A stretch of DNA of 64,000 nucleotides from an uncultured Thermotogae bacterium (GTDB lineage: Bacteria > Bipolaricaulota > Bipolaricaulia > UBA7950 > UBA9294): NCBI GenBank assembly GCA_964620325.1, contig CAZUIM010000003.1, positions 43,319-107,318 of the forward strand. The letters are read 5' to 3'. The notes beneath the pieces are model-generated. The model saw only the letters and a list, made by a program, of their open reading frames with translations, ran no database searches and had not been told where the DNA came from. Positions 28,006 to 37,697 of this stretch are shown here, piece by piece; the stretch's first letter is position 1; each line of letters begins with the position of its first letter. The position numbers and the translations under genes were made by a program.

Positions 28006-29310
28006 GTGAAACGAGAGATTCGTATCTTCGCCATCATCACGGGGGTCTTCCTGGTCGCGTATCTCATCCCGCTGTCGAGCGAGACGGTCCGCAGTGCAAT
28101 CATGGAAGCGTTTCACATGCTGCAGGAGTACGCGCGCGAGCACGTGCTCCTGTGCTTAGTCCCGGCCTTCTTCATCGCCGGCGCCATCGCCGTGTTCATC
28201 TCGCAGGCGAGCGTCATCAAGTACCTGGGGGGCAAGGCGAAGAAGGTTGTCGCCTACGGCGTCGGATCCGTCTCCGGCGCGATCCTCGCGGTCTGTTCCT
28301 GCACCGTGCTGCCGTTGTTCGCCGGGATCTACAAGCGCGGTGCAGGATTGGGTCCGGCGATCGCGTTCCTCTACTCCGGGCCCGCGATCAACATCCTCGC
28401 CATCATCCTCACCGGGCGGATTCTCGGGCTGCAGTTCGGACTGGCGCGGGCGATCGGCGCTGTCGTGTTTGCCGTCGTGATCGGTCTGGCGATGCAGTTC
28501 CTGTTCCGAAAGGAAGAAGCGGAGAAGCAAGACGCGGCGGCGGTCGCGCCAGTTCCGGAGGACGGCAAGCCGATCTGGAAGACGGCGATCCCCGTCGCGC
28601 TCATGATTCTGTTCCTCGTGTTCGTCAACTGGGGGAAGCCGGGCGACCTGTCGATCGAGACGACCGCCGGCGAGACGATCGTGGCGACCCGCGCCGGAGA
28701 GACGGCGGACGAGGTCCTCGTCAAGCTGCCCGGCTCGGGCGAGCTGACCGGCGTGGCGAAGAGCGAAATCGAGTCGCTTCAGTACGCGCCCTCAGTCTAC
28801 ACGTCGATCTACCAGTCGCGGTTCTACATTGCGGGGGCGTTTCTTCTCCTGCTGATCGCCGTGATGACCCTCTGGTACACGAGGGACGAGACGAAAGCGT
28901 GGGGTGCATCGACCTGGTCGTACGCGAAGCTGATCCTCCCGTACTTGTTCGGCGGCGTGCTGATTGCCGGCTTTCTGTTGGGACGCCCGGGACACGCGGC
29001 CCTCATTCCCCCGGAGTGGATCGCAAGTGCCGTGGGGGGAAACAGCTGGCTCTCCAACTTCGTGGCCAGCCTCGCGGGGGCTCTCATGTACTTCGCCACG
29101 CTCACGGAGCTACCCATTCTCCAGGGCCTGCTCGGGTCAGGGATGGGGGACGGGCCCGCGTTGGCCCTGCTCTTGGCCGGCCCGGCGCTGTCGCTGCCCA
29201 ACATGCTGGTGATCCGCAAGATCCTCGGGACGAAGAAAACGCTGGCGTACATCTCGCTGGTCGTCATCGCGGCGACGCTCACCGGGAAGCTGTTTGGGGC
29301 TTTGGCTTGA
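28006..29310 (+). CDS. permease of the DUF318/ArsP-like family
   Basis: A 434-aa multi-TM protein with AVCSCTVLPLFAGIYKRGAGLGPAIAFLYSGPAINILAI and a duplicated C-terminal half (ALLLAGPALSLPNMLVI). Confidence 0.78.
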   Translation: MKREIRIFAIITGVFLVAYLIPLSSETVRSAIMEAFHMLQEYAREHVLLCLVPAFFIAGAIAVFISQASVIKYLGGKAKKVVAYGVGSVSGAILAVCSCTVLPLFAGIYKRGAGLGPAIAFLYSGPAINILAIILTGRILGLQFGLARAIGAVVFAVVIGLAMQFLFRKEEAEKQDAAAVAPVPEDGKPIWKTAIPVALMILFLVFVNWGKPGDLSIETTAGETIVATRAGETADEVLVKLPGSGELTGVAKSEIESLQYAPSVYTSIYQSRFYIAGAFLLLLIAVMTLWYTRDETKAWGASTWSYAKLILPYLFGGVLIAGFLLGRPGHAALIPPEWIASAVGGNSWLSNFVASLAGALMYFATLTELPILQGLLGSGMGDGPALALLLAGPALSLPNMLVIRKILGTKKTLAYISLVVIAATLTGKLFGALA

Positions 29311-29330
29311 TCACGGAGGGCGCACCCGAA

Positions 29331-29888
29331 ATGGAAGCTCGTTCGATCCCTAAGGCGCTTTACATCTCCGGCAGCCCGCGGCAACGCAGCAATACCGACC
29401 ACCTCTTGGAGGAGGTCCGATCCGCCGTTCCGGGTGAGTTCATCAAGCTTGCGGGATTGACCTTCGAACCGTGCCGCGCCTGCTGGGCCTGCCAGACAGC
29501 GGGGCATTGCGTCATTGAAGATGAGCTAACCCCCATCCTTGCACGTCTCGATCAGGTGGACGCGCTCGTCCTCGGCACACCGGTCTACTTCAACAACGTG
29601 TCGTCGTCCATGAAGGCGTTCATCGATCGCACATGGTGTCTGCGAGGCCGTCTGCGGAACAAGATCGGCGGAGCCGTGGTCGTCGGTCGCCGCTACGGAG
29701 CGGAGGCTGCGCTCATGGCACTGCACGCCTTCTTCCTCAAGCACGAGATGATCCCCGCCAATCGTGGGGTAAGTGGAGTCGCCTTCGTGGCCGGTGAGAT
29801 TGTCAACGATGACCTAGCGCTCGGTGCGGCGGCGGCTCTCGGTGAGAGATTGACCGAGCTAAGTGGGCTCCTTCAGGGGCATAGATGA
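29331..29888 (+). CDS. NADPH-dependent FMN reductase / iron-sulfur flavoprotein-like protein
   Basis: ISGSPRQRSNTDHLL, FEPCRACWACQTAGHCVIEDE, DALVLGTPVYFNNVSSSMKAFIDR. Only the last 186 codons of track ORF 28152..29888 are used. Confidence 0.7.
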   Translation: MEARSIPKALYISGSPRQRSNTDHLLEEVRSAVPGEFIKLAGLTFEPCRACWACQTAGHCVIEDELTPILARLDQVDALVLGTPVYFNNVSSSMKAFIDRTWCLRGRLRNKIGGAVVVGRRYGAEAALMALHAFFLKHEMIPANRGVSGVAFVAGEIVNDDLALGAAAALGERLTELSGLLQGHR

Positions 29889-30043
29889 GGAGGGCAACGA
29901 ACGGCGCCAGGATGCACGTGGGCAGTACATTTCGGGTTACCTTCTCTTGGGACGAAAGAGACGCTGCCGTCCGTGCCGCTGGTTCTCGTTGCGGCGACGC
30001 CGAGCAATGATCCGTTCGAAGTACCCGTCTAGAGGGGGTTCGA

Positions 30044-30427
30044 ATGCCTAGTTCTTGCTGTAGTGGAAAGAAGACGAGGTTGCTGTTCGCCTGCTCCGGT
30101 GGATCGGATGTGGGGGAGCTTGCCGATCGTGGATGCCGACACCTCGCCCTGGAGAGGGTGGGGCAGATGTACTGCCTCGCCGGCATCGGAGGCGATGTGT
30201 CTACCATCGTGAAGACGACCGAGACTGCCGACGACTTAGTGGCCATCGACGGCTGCCCGGTGAGCTGCGCCGCAGCGACGCTGAAGCGGGCAGGATACGA
30301 CCGCTTCGAGCATTTCGTCGTCACGGAACTGGGCTTCGCGAAGGGGAGTACCGAGGTCACTCCGGAGGCCATCGACCGTGTGGTCGCTACGTTTCGGGCG
30401 CGCTTGACGTACGGGGAGACCGAATGA
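30044..30427 (+). CDS. DGC-domain putative zinc-binding protein
   Basis: Cys-rich N-terminus (SSCCSGKK..FACSGGSDVGE) and the LVAIDGCPVSCA motif. Confidence 0.62.
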   Translation: MPSSCCSGKKTRLLFACSGGSDVGELADRGCRHLALERVGQMYCLAGIGGDVSTIVKTTETADDLVAIDGCPVSCAAATLKRAGYDRFEHFVVTELGFAKGSTEVTPEAIDRVVATFRARLTYGETE

Positions 30428-31050
30428 GGCGCCCCATCGCGAAACGCGCGCGCAGGCTCACGGCAGCTCTTCTCCTCATCGCGGCGGGGTTGCTGCTCGT
30501 GTTGGCTCTGGCGGGGTGCGCGGACGATGGGGGGACCTCCGCTTCCCCATCGAGTTCTGACTCCGGCGAGACGACGGCTTCCCCGGCGACGGCGCAGCCG
30601 GCCGTGGAGGACACGCAGCAGTCCGAGGGCGGGGAGCCGGTGCCCGATCCCACTCCCTCGTCGGCCGGACCGGCCGACGCTGCAACAGGTGAGGCCGAGG
30701 GTGCGGCCGACGAAGCGGAATCTGCCGCCGCTGTCGATGCGGCCTCAACGGAGACAGATCCAAAGCCGCTCCCCCTGTTGCTCGACCTCGGGGCGACGAA
30801 GTGCATCCCCTGCAAGAAGATGGCGCCGATCCTCGAGGAGCTGGCGGAGACAAAGAAGGACTTCTTCGAGGTGAGGTTCGTCGACGTGTGGGAGAACCGC
30901 GACAAGGCCCACGAATACGGCGTGAGAATCATCCCGACACAGATCTTCTATGCGGCGGATGGCACGGAGCTCTATCGCCACATCGGGTTCTATTCGAGGA
31001 AGCAGATCCTCGACAAGTGGCGGTCCCTCGGAATCGACGTAGGAGAGTAG
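30424..31050 (+). CDS. thioredoxin-fold lipoprotein (TlpA/ResA-like, CxxC)
   Basis: ATGA overlap with the upstream stop. Lipobox LALAGC, a long Ser/Pro/Ala/Glu linker, then LLLDLGATKCIPCKKMAPILEEL and IIPTQIFY. Confidence 0.8.
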   Translation: MRRPIAKRARRLTAALLLIAAGLLLVLALAGCADDGGTSASPSSSDSGETTASPATAQPAVEDTQQSEGGEPVPDPTPSSAGPADAATGEAEGAADEAESAAAVDAASTETDPKPLPLLLDLGATKCIPCKKMAPILEELAETKKDFFEVRFVDVWENRDKAHEYGVRIIPTQIFYAADGTELYRHIGFYSRKQILDKWRSLGIDVGE

Positions 31051-31056
31051 CCGACA

Positions 31057-31755
31057 ATGGACGGAATGCTTTCCAATCTAGCACAGGCGATGGAGGGGAG
31101 CATTCCCCTCGCCATCGGTGCCGCCGTTGGGTGGGGTGTCCTGAGCATCCTGCTGAGCCCGTGCCATCTGGCCAGCATCCCGCTGGTCATTGGCTACATC
31201 GGTCGCCAAGGGCCGGTCTCACCGCGGAGATCGATCGGACTGTCGGTCACATTCGCCATCGGGATCCTGCTGACGATCGCCGCAGTGGGCGCGATCACTG
31301 CAGGAGCCGGCCGGATCATGGGAGACGTCGGGACGATCGGCAACGTCGTCATGGCCGGTGTGTTCATCCTGGTCGGTCTTTACCTGCTGGATGTCATCCG
31401 ATTCTCCTGGTCATCGTCGACCGGGGCGAAGCTGCGGGTGCGCGGCCTTCCCGGCGCCTTGGCGCTCGGTCTGTTGTTCGGCGTCGCCCTCGGGCCCTGC
31501 ACGTTTGCCTACATGGCGCCAATGCTGGCCGTCACGTTCGATCTCGGGACATCGAACATGCCGCTGTCGATCGGCCTGCTGCTTGCTTTCGCGACCGGCC
31601 ATTGCGCTGTCATCGCCGTCGCGGGGGCATCGATGGGAGCCGTACAGCGCTATCTCAACTGGAATGAACGGAGCGGAGCCATCCAATGGGTGAAGCGCCT
31701 CTGCGGCGTGCTCGTCATCCTGGGCGGCATCTATCTGATCTACACGGCGCTCTAG
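31057..31755 (+). CDS. ccdA: cytochrome c biogenesis protein CcdA / DsbD transmembrane-domain family
   Basis: Six TM segments. LSPCHLASIPLVIGYI and ALGPCTFAYMAPML give the two membrane-embedded Cys positions. Confidence 0.85.
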   Translation: MDGMLSNLAQAMEGSIPLAIGAAVGWGVLSILLSPCHLASIPLVIGYIGRQGPVSPRRSIGLSVTFAIGILLTIAAVGAITAGAGRIMGDVGTIGNVVMAGVFILVGLYLLDVIRFSWSSSTGAKLRVRGLPGALALGLLFGVALGPCTFAYMAPMLAVTFDLGTSNMPLSIGLLLAFATGHCAVIAVAGASMGAVQRYLNWNERSGAIQWVKRLCGVLVILGGIYLIYTAL

Positions 31756-31770
31756 CGCAAGGGAGGAACG

Positions 31771-32001
31771 ATGAGAATCGAGATCCTGGGCACCGGATGC
31801 CCGAAGTGCAAGGCCACGATGGCGAACGTCGAGAAGGCGACCGTGGAGGCCGGGGTTCAAGCGGAAATCGTCAAGGTCGAGGACCTCAGCGAGATCGCCG
31901 CACGCGGCGTGATGTTGACCCCCGCGGTGGCGATCGACGGGGAGATCAAGGCGGTCGGGAAGATCCCGACGGTGGACGAGATCAAGACCTGGCTTGCCTG
32001 A
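31771..32001 (+). CDS. small thioredoxin-like redox-active disulfide protein (MTH895 type)
   Basis: A 76-aa protein: MRIEILGTGCPKCKATMANVEKA...GVMLTPAVAIDGEIKAVGKIPTVDEIKTWL. Confidence 0.85.
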   Translation: MRIEILGTGCPKCKATMANVEKATVEAGVQAEIVKVEDLSEIAARGVMLTPAVAIDGEIKAVGKIPTVDEIKTWLA

Positions 32002-32016
32002 GCGCGGGACCAGGCA

Positions 32017-32349
32017 ATGGAGGGGTGGATGAGATTGCTGGCGGAGTGGTTCCCGGAGTTTGCGGAGAAGTTCGACGAGATCGACGAGATCTATCGCGAG
32101 AGACGATCGATCGACGAGAAGACCTACCAGTTCATCTGCTTCGCGCTGTCGATCAAGAATCGATCGAAGCCGTGTCTGCTCAAGCACTTCAAGGGGGCGC
32201 TGGAAGCCGGTGCGACGCTCAAGGAACTCGCCTACATCATGGCGCTGACATTTCGAGAGAGCGCGGGCGGGGGCGACTGCTGGACCCACGACGCGCTGGG
32301 CGACGTCCAGCAGCTGCTCGCTGAGAACATCCAGTGCTGCCCGAAGTAG
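32017..32349 (+). CDS. carboxymuconolactone decarboxylase (AhpD-like) family protein
   Basis: IDEKTYQFICFALSIKNRSKPCLLKHFKGALEAGATLKELAYIMAL fits the CMD helix pattern, with C..H rather than CxxC. Confidence 0.58.
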   Translation: MEGWMRLLAEWFPEFAEKFDEIDEIYRERRSIDEKTYQFICFALSIKNRSKPCLLKHFKGALEAGATLKELAYIMALTFRESAGGGDCWTHDALGDVQQLLAENIQCCPK

Positions 32350-32351
32350 GT

Positions 32352-32610
32352 GTCGGCGTTGAGGAGATCCACCGCGTGCCGAGTCTTTCGATCGGCGACG
32401 CTGACGTATCGGTAGCTTAAGCGGGCCATCCTGGTCAGTTCACAGTTTCGCCTCTCAGACACAGACTGCTCCTTCATCTCATGCACGTAGGCTCGCCGCT
32501 GATTCAGCTTCAGAGCTCTCTTCGCATTGCCTCCTTCATCGCGTCGATCTCCAGCTCACGATCGGCCAGCAGCTTCTTCATCCAGTGCATCTCTCCCTTC
32601 GAGCCGATTC
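32352..32610 (-). mobile_element. IS3-family insertion-sequence relic (orfA C-terminus + first ~36 codons of orfB)
   Basis: Minus frames read ..GEMHWMKKLLADRELEIDAMKEAMRREL* (IS3 OrfA leucine-zipper end). The next frame reads SVSERRNCELTRMARLSYRYVSVADRKTRHAVDLL (OrfB N-terminus). It is truncated at the stop of the CMD gene. Confidence 0.6.
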
Positions 32611-33092
32611 TCTACTCATACCTGGATCAGTCTTATGGGTGTACGCCCGTCGCATGGATTCCGCGCTCGATTCTCGTGGCCGAGGACGGAGACGACCGCT
32701 ACAACGGCCACCCGATGAATCTCGCGGCGAGCTTCATCGACGGGCTGGTCGCTGAGTAGATCGAGCGTGGCAGCGGCCGCCCATGGTCCAGAAGCAGATG
32801 CCGCCGACGCAGCACCCGAAGAGAGACGCAACCGAGGAGAGACCGCGCAGGACAACGAGGCACGCGCTAAGATATCGCATGACAGTCACGGCCACCTATT
32901 CCCTCTCCCCGGACAAGCCGATTCGCGTATTGAGGTTATCGATTGACCAAGACATGGGCCGCCGAGAATCGATCTCCGGAGCTCGAGTCGGCTTGTCAAT
33001 CACGCCGGGTACTCCTGCCTCGATGCTTGCCTGTATGATTGGAGCGGCTCAGGTGGCAAGATTTCTCACGGTCGGGAGGAAGAAGGTGAAGC

Positions 33093-33797
33093 ATGGGAAC
33101 TCTGGTTTCGGTCATCGTCATCGCGGTTCTGCTCTTAGGTTTGGTGGTGGCTCTTCTTGCGCTCCTTCGGAGTCGACGGGCACGGCGTGACATCACGATC
33201 CATTCGACGATTCAGCACATGCGGTCGATCGGCCATCTGTCCGTCTTCAAGGTGTTCACGAAAGAGATCGTGACGCAGACAGACCACAGCTGGGGCGAGC
33301 TGGGCACCAAGTACCTGAGTTGGGCGCTGTCGGGACGAAAGATGGCGATGATCTTCGAGTTCGAGATCGATTTCCGCTACGACCTCCGGCGACCGGAATT
33401 CCAGATCGAGGAGCGGCCCGGCGGCGGGTATGCGATCTCGATGCCGCCGTGCCTTCACGAGGTCCACATCCGGGACATCCGCTTCTACGATGAGCAGCGG
33501 TCCCGGTTCCTGCCCTGGCTGCTCCCCGATCTTCTCTCCGGGTTCGTCGGCGGGCGCTTCACCGAGACGGACAAGAACCGACTCGTCGCCGCCGCGCGGG
33601 ACCACGCAGAGCAGCAGGCCGCAGAGCTGATCGGGAACCTTCAGTCGGAAGTCCAGAACTCGGCGAAGGCGACCCTGCAATCGATCAGCAAGGCGTTCGG
33701 AGCCGAGGACCTGACGTTCGACTTCGCCCCTCAGGGACGCCTTGACTTCAAGGTCGACGTCGACGAGAAGGTCGTCGCCACCTCACCCGCCAACTGA
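33093..33797 (+). CDS. DUF4230-like membrane-anchored protein
   Basis: An N-terminal TM (LVSVIVIAVLLLGLVVALLALL) is followed by HLSVFKVFTKEIV, KMAMIFEFEIDFRYDL and YAISMPPCLHEVHIRDIRFYDE. The pattern is recalled from DUF4230. Confidence 0.5.
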   Translation: MGTLVSVIVIAVLLLGLVVALLALLRSRRARRDITIHSTIQHMRSIGHLSVFKVFTKEIVTQTDHSWGELGTKYLSWALSGRKMAMIFEFEIDFRYDLRRPEFQIEERPGGGYAISMPPCLHEVHIRDIRFYDEQRSRFLPWLLPDLLSGFVGGRFTETDKNRLVAAARDHAEQQAAELIGNLQSEVQNSAKATLQSISKAFGAEDLTFDFAPQGRLDFKVDVDEKVVATSPAN

Positions 33798-33847
33798 AGA
33801 GACGCACGGCCCGCCAATGTACTGCGTTTTCCTTCGATGGCGGCCTC

Positions 33848-34834
33848 TCATGGAAGCCTGGCGAGGAATAGGAGGATGAGCACGGCCAACAGGCCGCTTC
33901 GGACGGAGATTGCGATGACCGACATCTGCCGCGCCTTCTTCGCTTTCCACCATCTGGCCGGACTGACCCTTTGAAGAACGAACGTGAGGACTCCGCTGAG
34001 ATTGCGGCAGATCAGGTTCAGTCCGGTCAGCAGCAGGGCTCCGAGTGCGGCGTGCCATTCGGCGGGCGGCTCCGACGAGCATCCCGAACGCGACGCACGG
34101 AGGCAGTAGCGCCACCGCCACCCTCACTCCGACCAGGGCGGTGGGAACCGCCGTTGTGTAGGTCAGCCCGCCGGCTGCCCCGGAGGCGATCGCGAGGAGG
34201 ACGTCGCCCCATCCGGCCGACGTCCTGGAAGCGATCTCCGGGATCTCGGACGACGGCCACCGCCAACCCCAACCCAACGAGCAGCGAGCGCAGGGATTTC
34301 CGTGCTAGCTTCACATCGGCCAGTGCCGACGCCAGGGAGAGGGCGACGTTCGGCCCGAGCAGCGGGGCGATCACCATCGCGCCGATGATGATGAGCGCGC
34401 TGCTTCGGGTGAGCCCGATGACCGCCGCCACGGCCGACAGAGCGACCATGATGAGGAAGGCGTACGTGACCCGCGCCGAGTCCGAGACATCCGCGTAGAG
34501 CTCTTCCCGGCCGATGCGGCCGCCCTTCTGGGTCGAGAGTCGACGGCGTTCTCCGAATCGTCCGCCTCCGGCTCCTCGGGCTTGGGAAGGGTTGCGTCGA
34601 CCGGGAGGAGGGCGATCCGGAAGCCGTCCGACACTCCACAGCCTTCGACGATGGCGTCGGTCAGCGTCTCCGTGTTCTCCGCCTCGACGAGCACCCGGAT
34701 GCAGCGGCGGTCCCCGGAGATTTCATGCGTCCATTCCCCGAGGATCTCGGGCGGCTCCTCGTCCTTCAACCTCGACAGGATCCGATCGGCACACGATGTG
34801 TGGGAACGACGATCTCCACCATGCGAAGCGCCAT
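33848..34834 (-). pseudogene. DUF389 paralogue with at least four frameshifts
   Basis: Starts MALRMVEIVVP after GGAGG (ATG 34834). Segments homologous to 22160..23173 lie successively in different frames: RCIRVLVEAENTETLTDAI; GREELYADVSDSA..IGAMVIAPLLGPNVA; EIPEIASRTSAGWGDVLLAIASGAAGGLTY; LNLICRNLSGVLTF..LARLP*. Confidence 0.75.
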
Positions 34835-34970
34835 GCTTCCTCCTTGCGCACAGGGTAGCAGGCGAGCCTGCTTCCATGAACTCGTGCAGCCCCGCGGGCG
34901 GCGGTCTTCCCGAGACTGGAATGAAGCCTGAGAAGTGTGAGAGAATGGGACCGGGGACCGGAGGTGGATC

Positions 34971-37697
34971 ATGGAGTCCTGTGAACCTGCGACCGGTGAG
35001 CGAGGGGGGGACAAGCCCTCCGTCGAGAGATCGCCCGACAGGACGGCACGTGCCAAGGGAAGGCTGAGGCTGTTCTTCGGGTATGCGCCGGGGGTCGGAA
35101 AGACGCACGCCATGCTCGAGGCGGCATCGAGGGCCAGGGCTTCAGGTAAGCGGGTTCTGGTGGGGCATGCCGAGCTGCACGGAAGCTTGGATCTGGCCGA
35201 TCTGGTGCGCCGTCATGACGTCCTTCTCGAGGAGTCCGGATCGCAGGACGATGCGCCTGCCCACGGATTCGATATCGATGCGGCTCTGGCCCGCGAGCCC
35301 GACCTGATCCTTCTCGACGACCTCGCGCACACGAACCCCGCAGCAAGCCGTCATCGGAAACGATGGCAGGATGTCGACGAGCTCCTCGGTGCGGGCATCG
35401 ATGTGTGGACAACGCTCAATGCTCAGGACGTCGAAAGCCTCAACGAGTCCGCGGCGAGGATCACCGGCGTCATCGCCCGGGAGACCGTGCCGGATCGGTT
35501 CTTCGATGAGGCGAGCGAGATCTCGTTCATTGATCTCTCGCCCGATGAGCTGCTCGATCGAGTCCGCGACGGAAAGGTGCACGTGCCCGAACGACTGGCC
35601 GGCGATGCCGACGCGTTCTTCCGCAAGTCGAACCTGATTGCGTTGCGCGAGCTCGCCATGCGCTGCGTGACCGATCGCGCCGGACAAGATCTTCAGGTAC
35701 GCCCGCAGGAGGCCCGCTCCCGTGCCTGGTCCACAAGTGAGCGGCTGTTGGTTTATCTCCAAGCGGGAGCGGATTCCGTCAAGCTGATCGGCGCGGCTCA
35801 GCGGATGGCAAACGCCATGCACGCGGAATGGATCGTCGTCTATCCCGAGGCTCCTCTTCGAAAGCAGGATACGCGAAATGCTGAGCTCCTGAACCGAAAC
35901 CTCAGGCTGAGCGAGCAGCTCGGAGCCGAGACGGTCAAGCTGACCGGCGAGGACATCGTCCGCGAGATCCTGGAGTACGCCGCATCGCGTAATGTCACAC
36001 GGATCGTCGTTGGAAAGGGAGCGCGGGATCGCGGCCTTCGGTTCTGGCGCCGATCGCCGGCCGATCGCCTGATCTCAGAGAGCGGCGACATCGATGTGTA
36101 CGTGATTCGCAGCGCGGAAGAGCCGGTGCCGTCCACGGTCGTCACGGCCCGACGGTTCAGTGCCGCAGTGAACTACGGTTGGGCGCTCGGCTTCGTGGTG
36201 CTCGCGACGGGCGTCGCATCGCTCTTCGACCGGATCGGATTGACGGACGCCAACCTGGTCATGACGTATCTCCTGGCGGTCGTCGTTTCCGCCGTACGGT
36301 TGGGCCGCGGCCCGGCGATCCTCTCGTCCGTGGCGGGCGTCCTGCTGTTCAACTTCTTCTTCACGTCTCCTCGCCTTACCTTCGTGGTGGACAACCCCGA
36401 GTACGTCTACACCTTCGCCGTCATGCTCGTCATTACCCTCGTCGTCAGCGCGCTGACCGCGCGGATTCGAGATCAGATCGGCCTGTCGCGTGAGAAGGAG
36501 CGCCGCACCGAGCTGTTGTATCGAGTCAGTGGGCGGCTGGCTGGGATTCCGGGGGAGTTGCAGCTCATCCAGGCCGCCAAGGAGGAGCTCGTCTCGATCT
36601 TCAGCGGAGAGATGGTCTTCTTCCTCGCCCGGGATGGCGACCTGCGTCTTGCGAGCCGCCAACCGGCGGCGGCGGACTGGACCGAGGCCTACGAGGCCGC
36701 AAAGTGGGTGTTCGAGCACCGCCAGATGGCGGGATGGGGAACGGATGCGATTCCGGATGCGCAAGCTCTCTATATCCCTCTCAGTACGCCGGATGCGACG
36801 GTCGGCGTTCTGGCGTGGAAGCCGGACGATTCAGAACAGCTCCTCAGCTTCGAGCGACGACAGCTCCTGAAGGTCATCGCAACGCAGATCGCGCTGGCAC
36901 TGGAGCGGGACCGACTTGCCCATGAGTCGCAGACGATGCTCGCACAGGCGGAGGCGGAGAAGCTGCGTAGTTCGCTTCTTAGCGCGGTCTCCCACGATCT
37001 CCGTACGCCCCTGACATCGATCGCCGGCTCGGCGAGCACGCTTGCGGAGCAGGAGTTGGACGAAGGGACACGCCGAGAGTTGGCGGAGGGCATCAGCGAA
37101 GAAGCCGAGCGCCTCAACCAGCTCCTTGAGAATCTCCTGCAGCTGACTCGTCTCGAGTCCGGCAGCCTCCGAATCGAGAAGCAGTGGCAGCCGGTCGACG
37201 AGGTCATCGGATCAACACTGCAGCGACAGGAGCGGGCCCTTCATGATCGACAGGTGCGCGTTGACCTTCCGCCGGACGCGCTCTGGGTGCCGATCGACGG
37301 TTTGCTGATCGAGCAGGTCGTGCAGAACCTGTTGAGCAACTCGGCCAAGTATTCGCGCGACGCGTCTCCCATCGACATCACGGCTCGCCGCACCGGAGCG
37401 GGAGTCGAGATCTCCGTGGCCGATCGCGGGATCGGGCTCAACCCGGAGGAGTGCGAGCGGGTCTTCGACAAGTTCTACCGAGGACAACGAGCGCAGGTGG
37501 ACGGGGCTCGTGGAGCGGGGTTGGGATTGGCGATCAGTCGAGGAATCGTCCATGCACACGGCGGAAGGATCTGGGCCGAGCCGCGCCCGGACGGCGGGGC
37601 GGTATTCAAGTTCGTGCTCCCGTCAGAAGGAAGGCCGCCCCTCCTCGACCTCGAAGGTCTCCATCGCGACGAAGCGAGAACCGAAGATGTCGTTTGA
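34971..37697 (+). CDS. kdpD: osmosensitive K+-channel sensor histidine kinase KdpD
   Basis: KdpD N-domain FFGYAPGVGKTHAML, a Usp-like domain, a 4-TM DUF4118 segment, HisKA SAVSHDLRTPLTSI and HATPase GAGLGLAISRGIV. Confidence 0.92.
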   Translation: MESCEPATGERGGDKPSVERSPDRTARAKGRLRLFFGYAPGVGKTHAMLEAASRARASGKRVLVGHAELHGSLDLADLVRRHDVLLEESGSQDDAPAHGFDIDAALAREPDLILLDDLAHTNPAASRHRKRWQDVDELLGAGIDVWTTLNAQDVESLNESAARITGVIARETVPDRFFDEASEISFIDLSPDELLDRVRDGKVHVPERLAGDADAFFRKSNLIALRELAMRCVTDRAGQDLQVRPQEARSRAWSTSERLLVYLQAGADSVKLIGAAQRMANAMHAEWIVVYPEAPLRKQDTRNAELLNRNLRLSEQLGAETVKLTGEDIVREILEYAASRNVTRIVVGKGARDRGLRFWRRSPADRLISESGDIDVYVIRSAEEPVPSTVVTARRFSAAVNYGWALGFVVLATGVASLFDRIGLTDANLVMTYLLAVVVSAVRLGRGPAILSSVAGVLLFNFFFTSPRLTFVVDNPEYVYTFAVMLVITLVVSALTARIRDQIGLSREKERRTELLYRVSGRLAGIPGELQLIQAAKEELVSIFSGEMVFFLARDGDLRLASRQPAAADWTEAYEAAKWVFEHRQMAGWGTDAIPDAQALYIPLSTPDATVGVLAWKPDDSEQLLSFERRQLLKVIATQIALALERDRLAHESQTMLAQAEAEKLRSSLLSAVSHDLRTPLTSIAGSASTLAEQELDEGTRRELAEGISEEAERLNQLLENLLQLTRLESGSLRIEKQWQPVDEVIGSTLQRQERALHDRQVRVDLPPDALWVPIDGLLIEQVVQNLLSNSAKYSRDASPIDITARRTGAGVEISVADRGIGLNPEECERVFDKFYRGQRAQVDGARGAGLGLAISRGIVHAHGGRIWAEPRPDGGAVFKFVLPSEGRPPLLDLEGLHRDEARTEDVV

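Noticed and set aside
28152-29330. The first 393 codons of the 578-aa ORF 28152..29888.
   Set aside because: They are an out-of-frame shadow of the DUF318 permease gene (Arg/Gly/Pro-rich). The flavoprotein begins at the ATG at 29331.
30030-30055. A tRNA-like T-loop sequence, GGTTCGAAT.
   Set aside because: There is no complementary T-stem, acceptor stem or anticodon arm around it. It lies just upstream of, and runs into, the start of the DGC gene.
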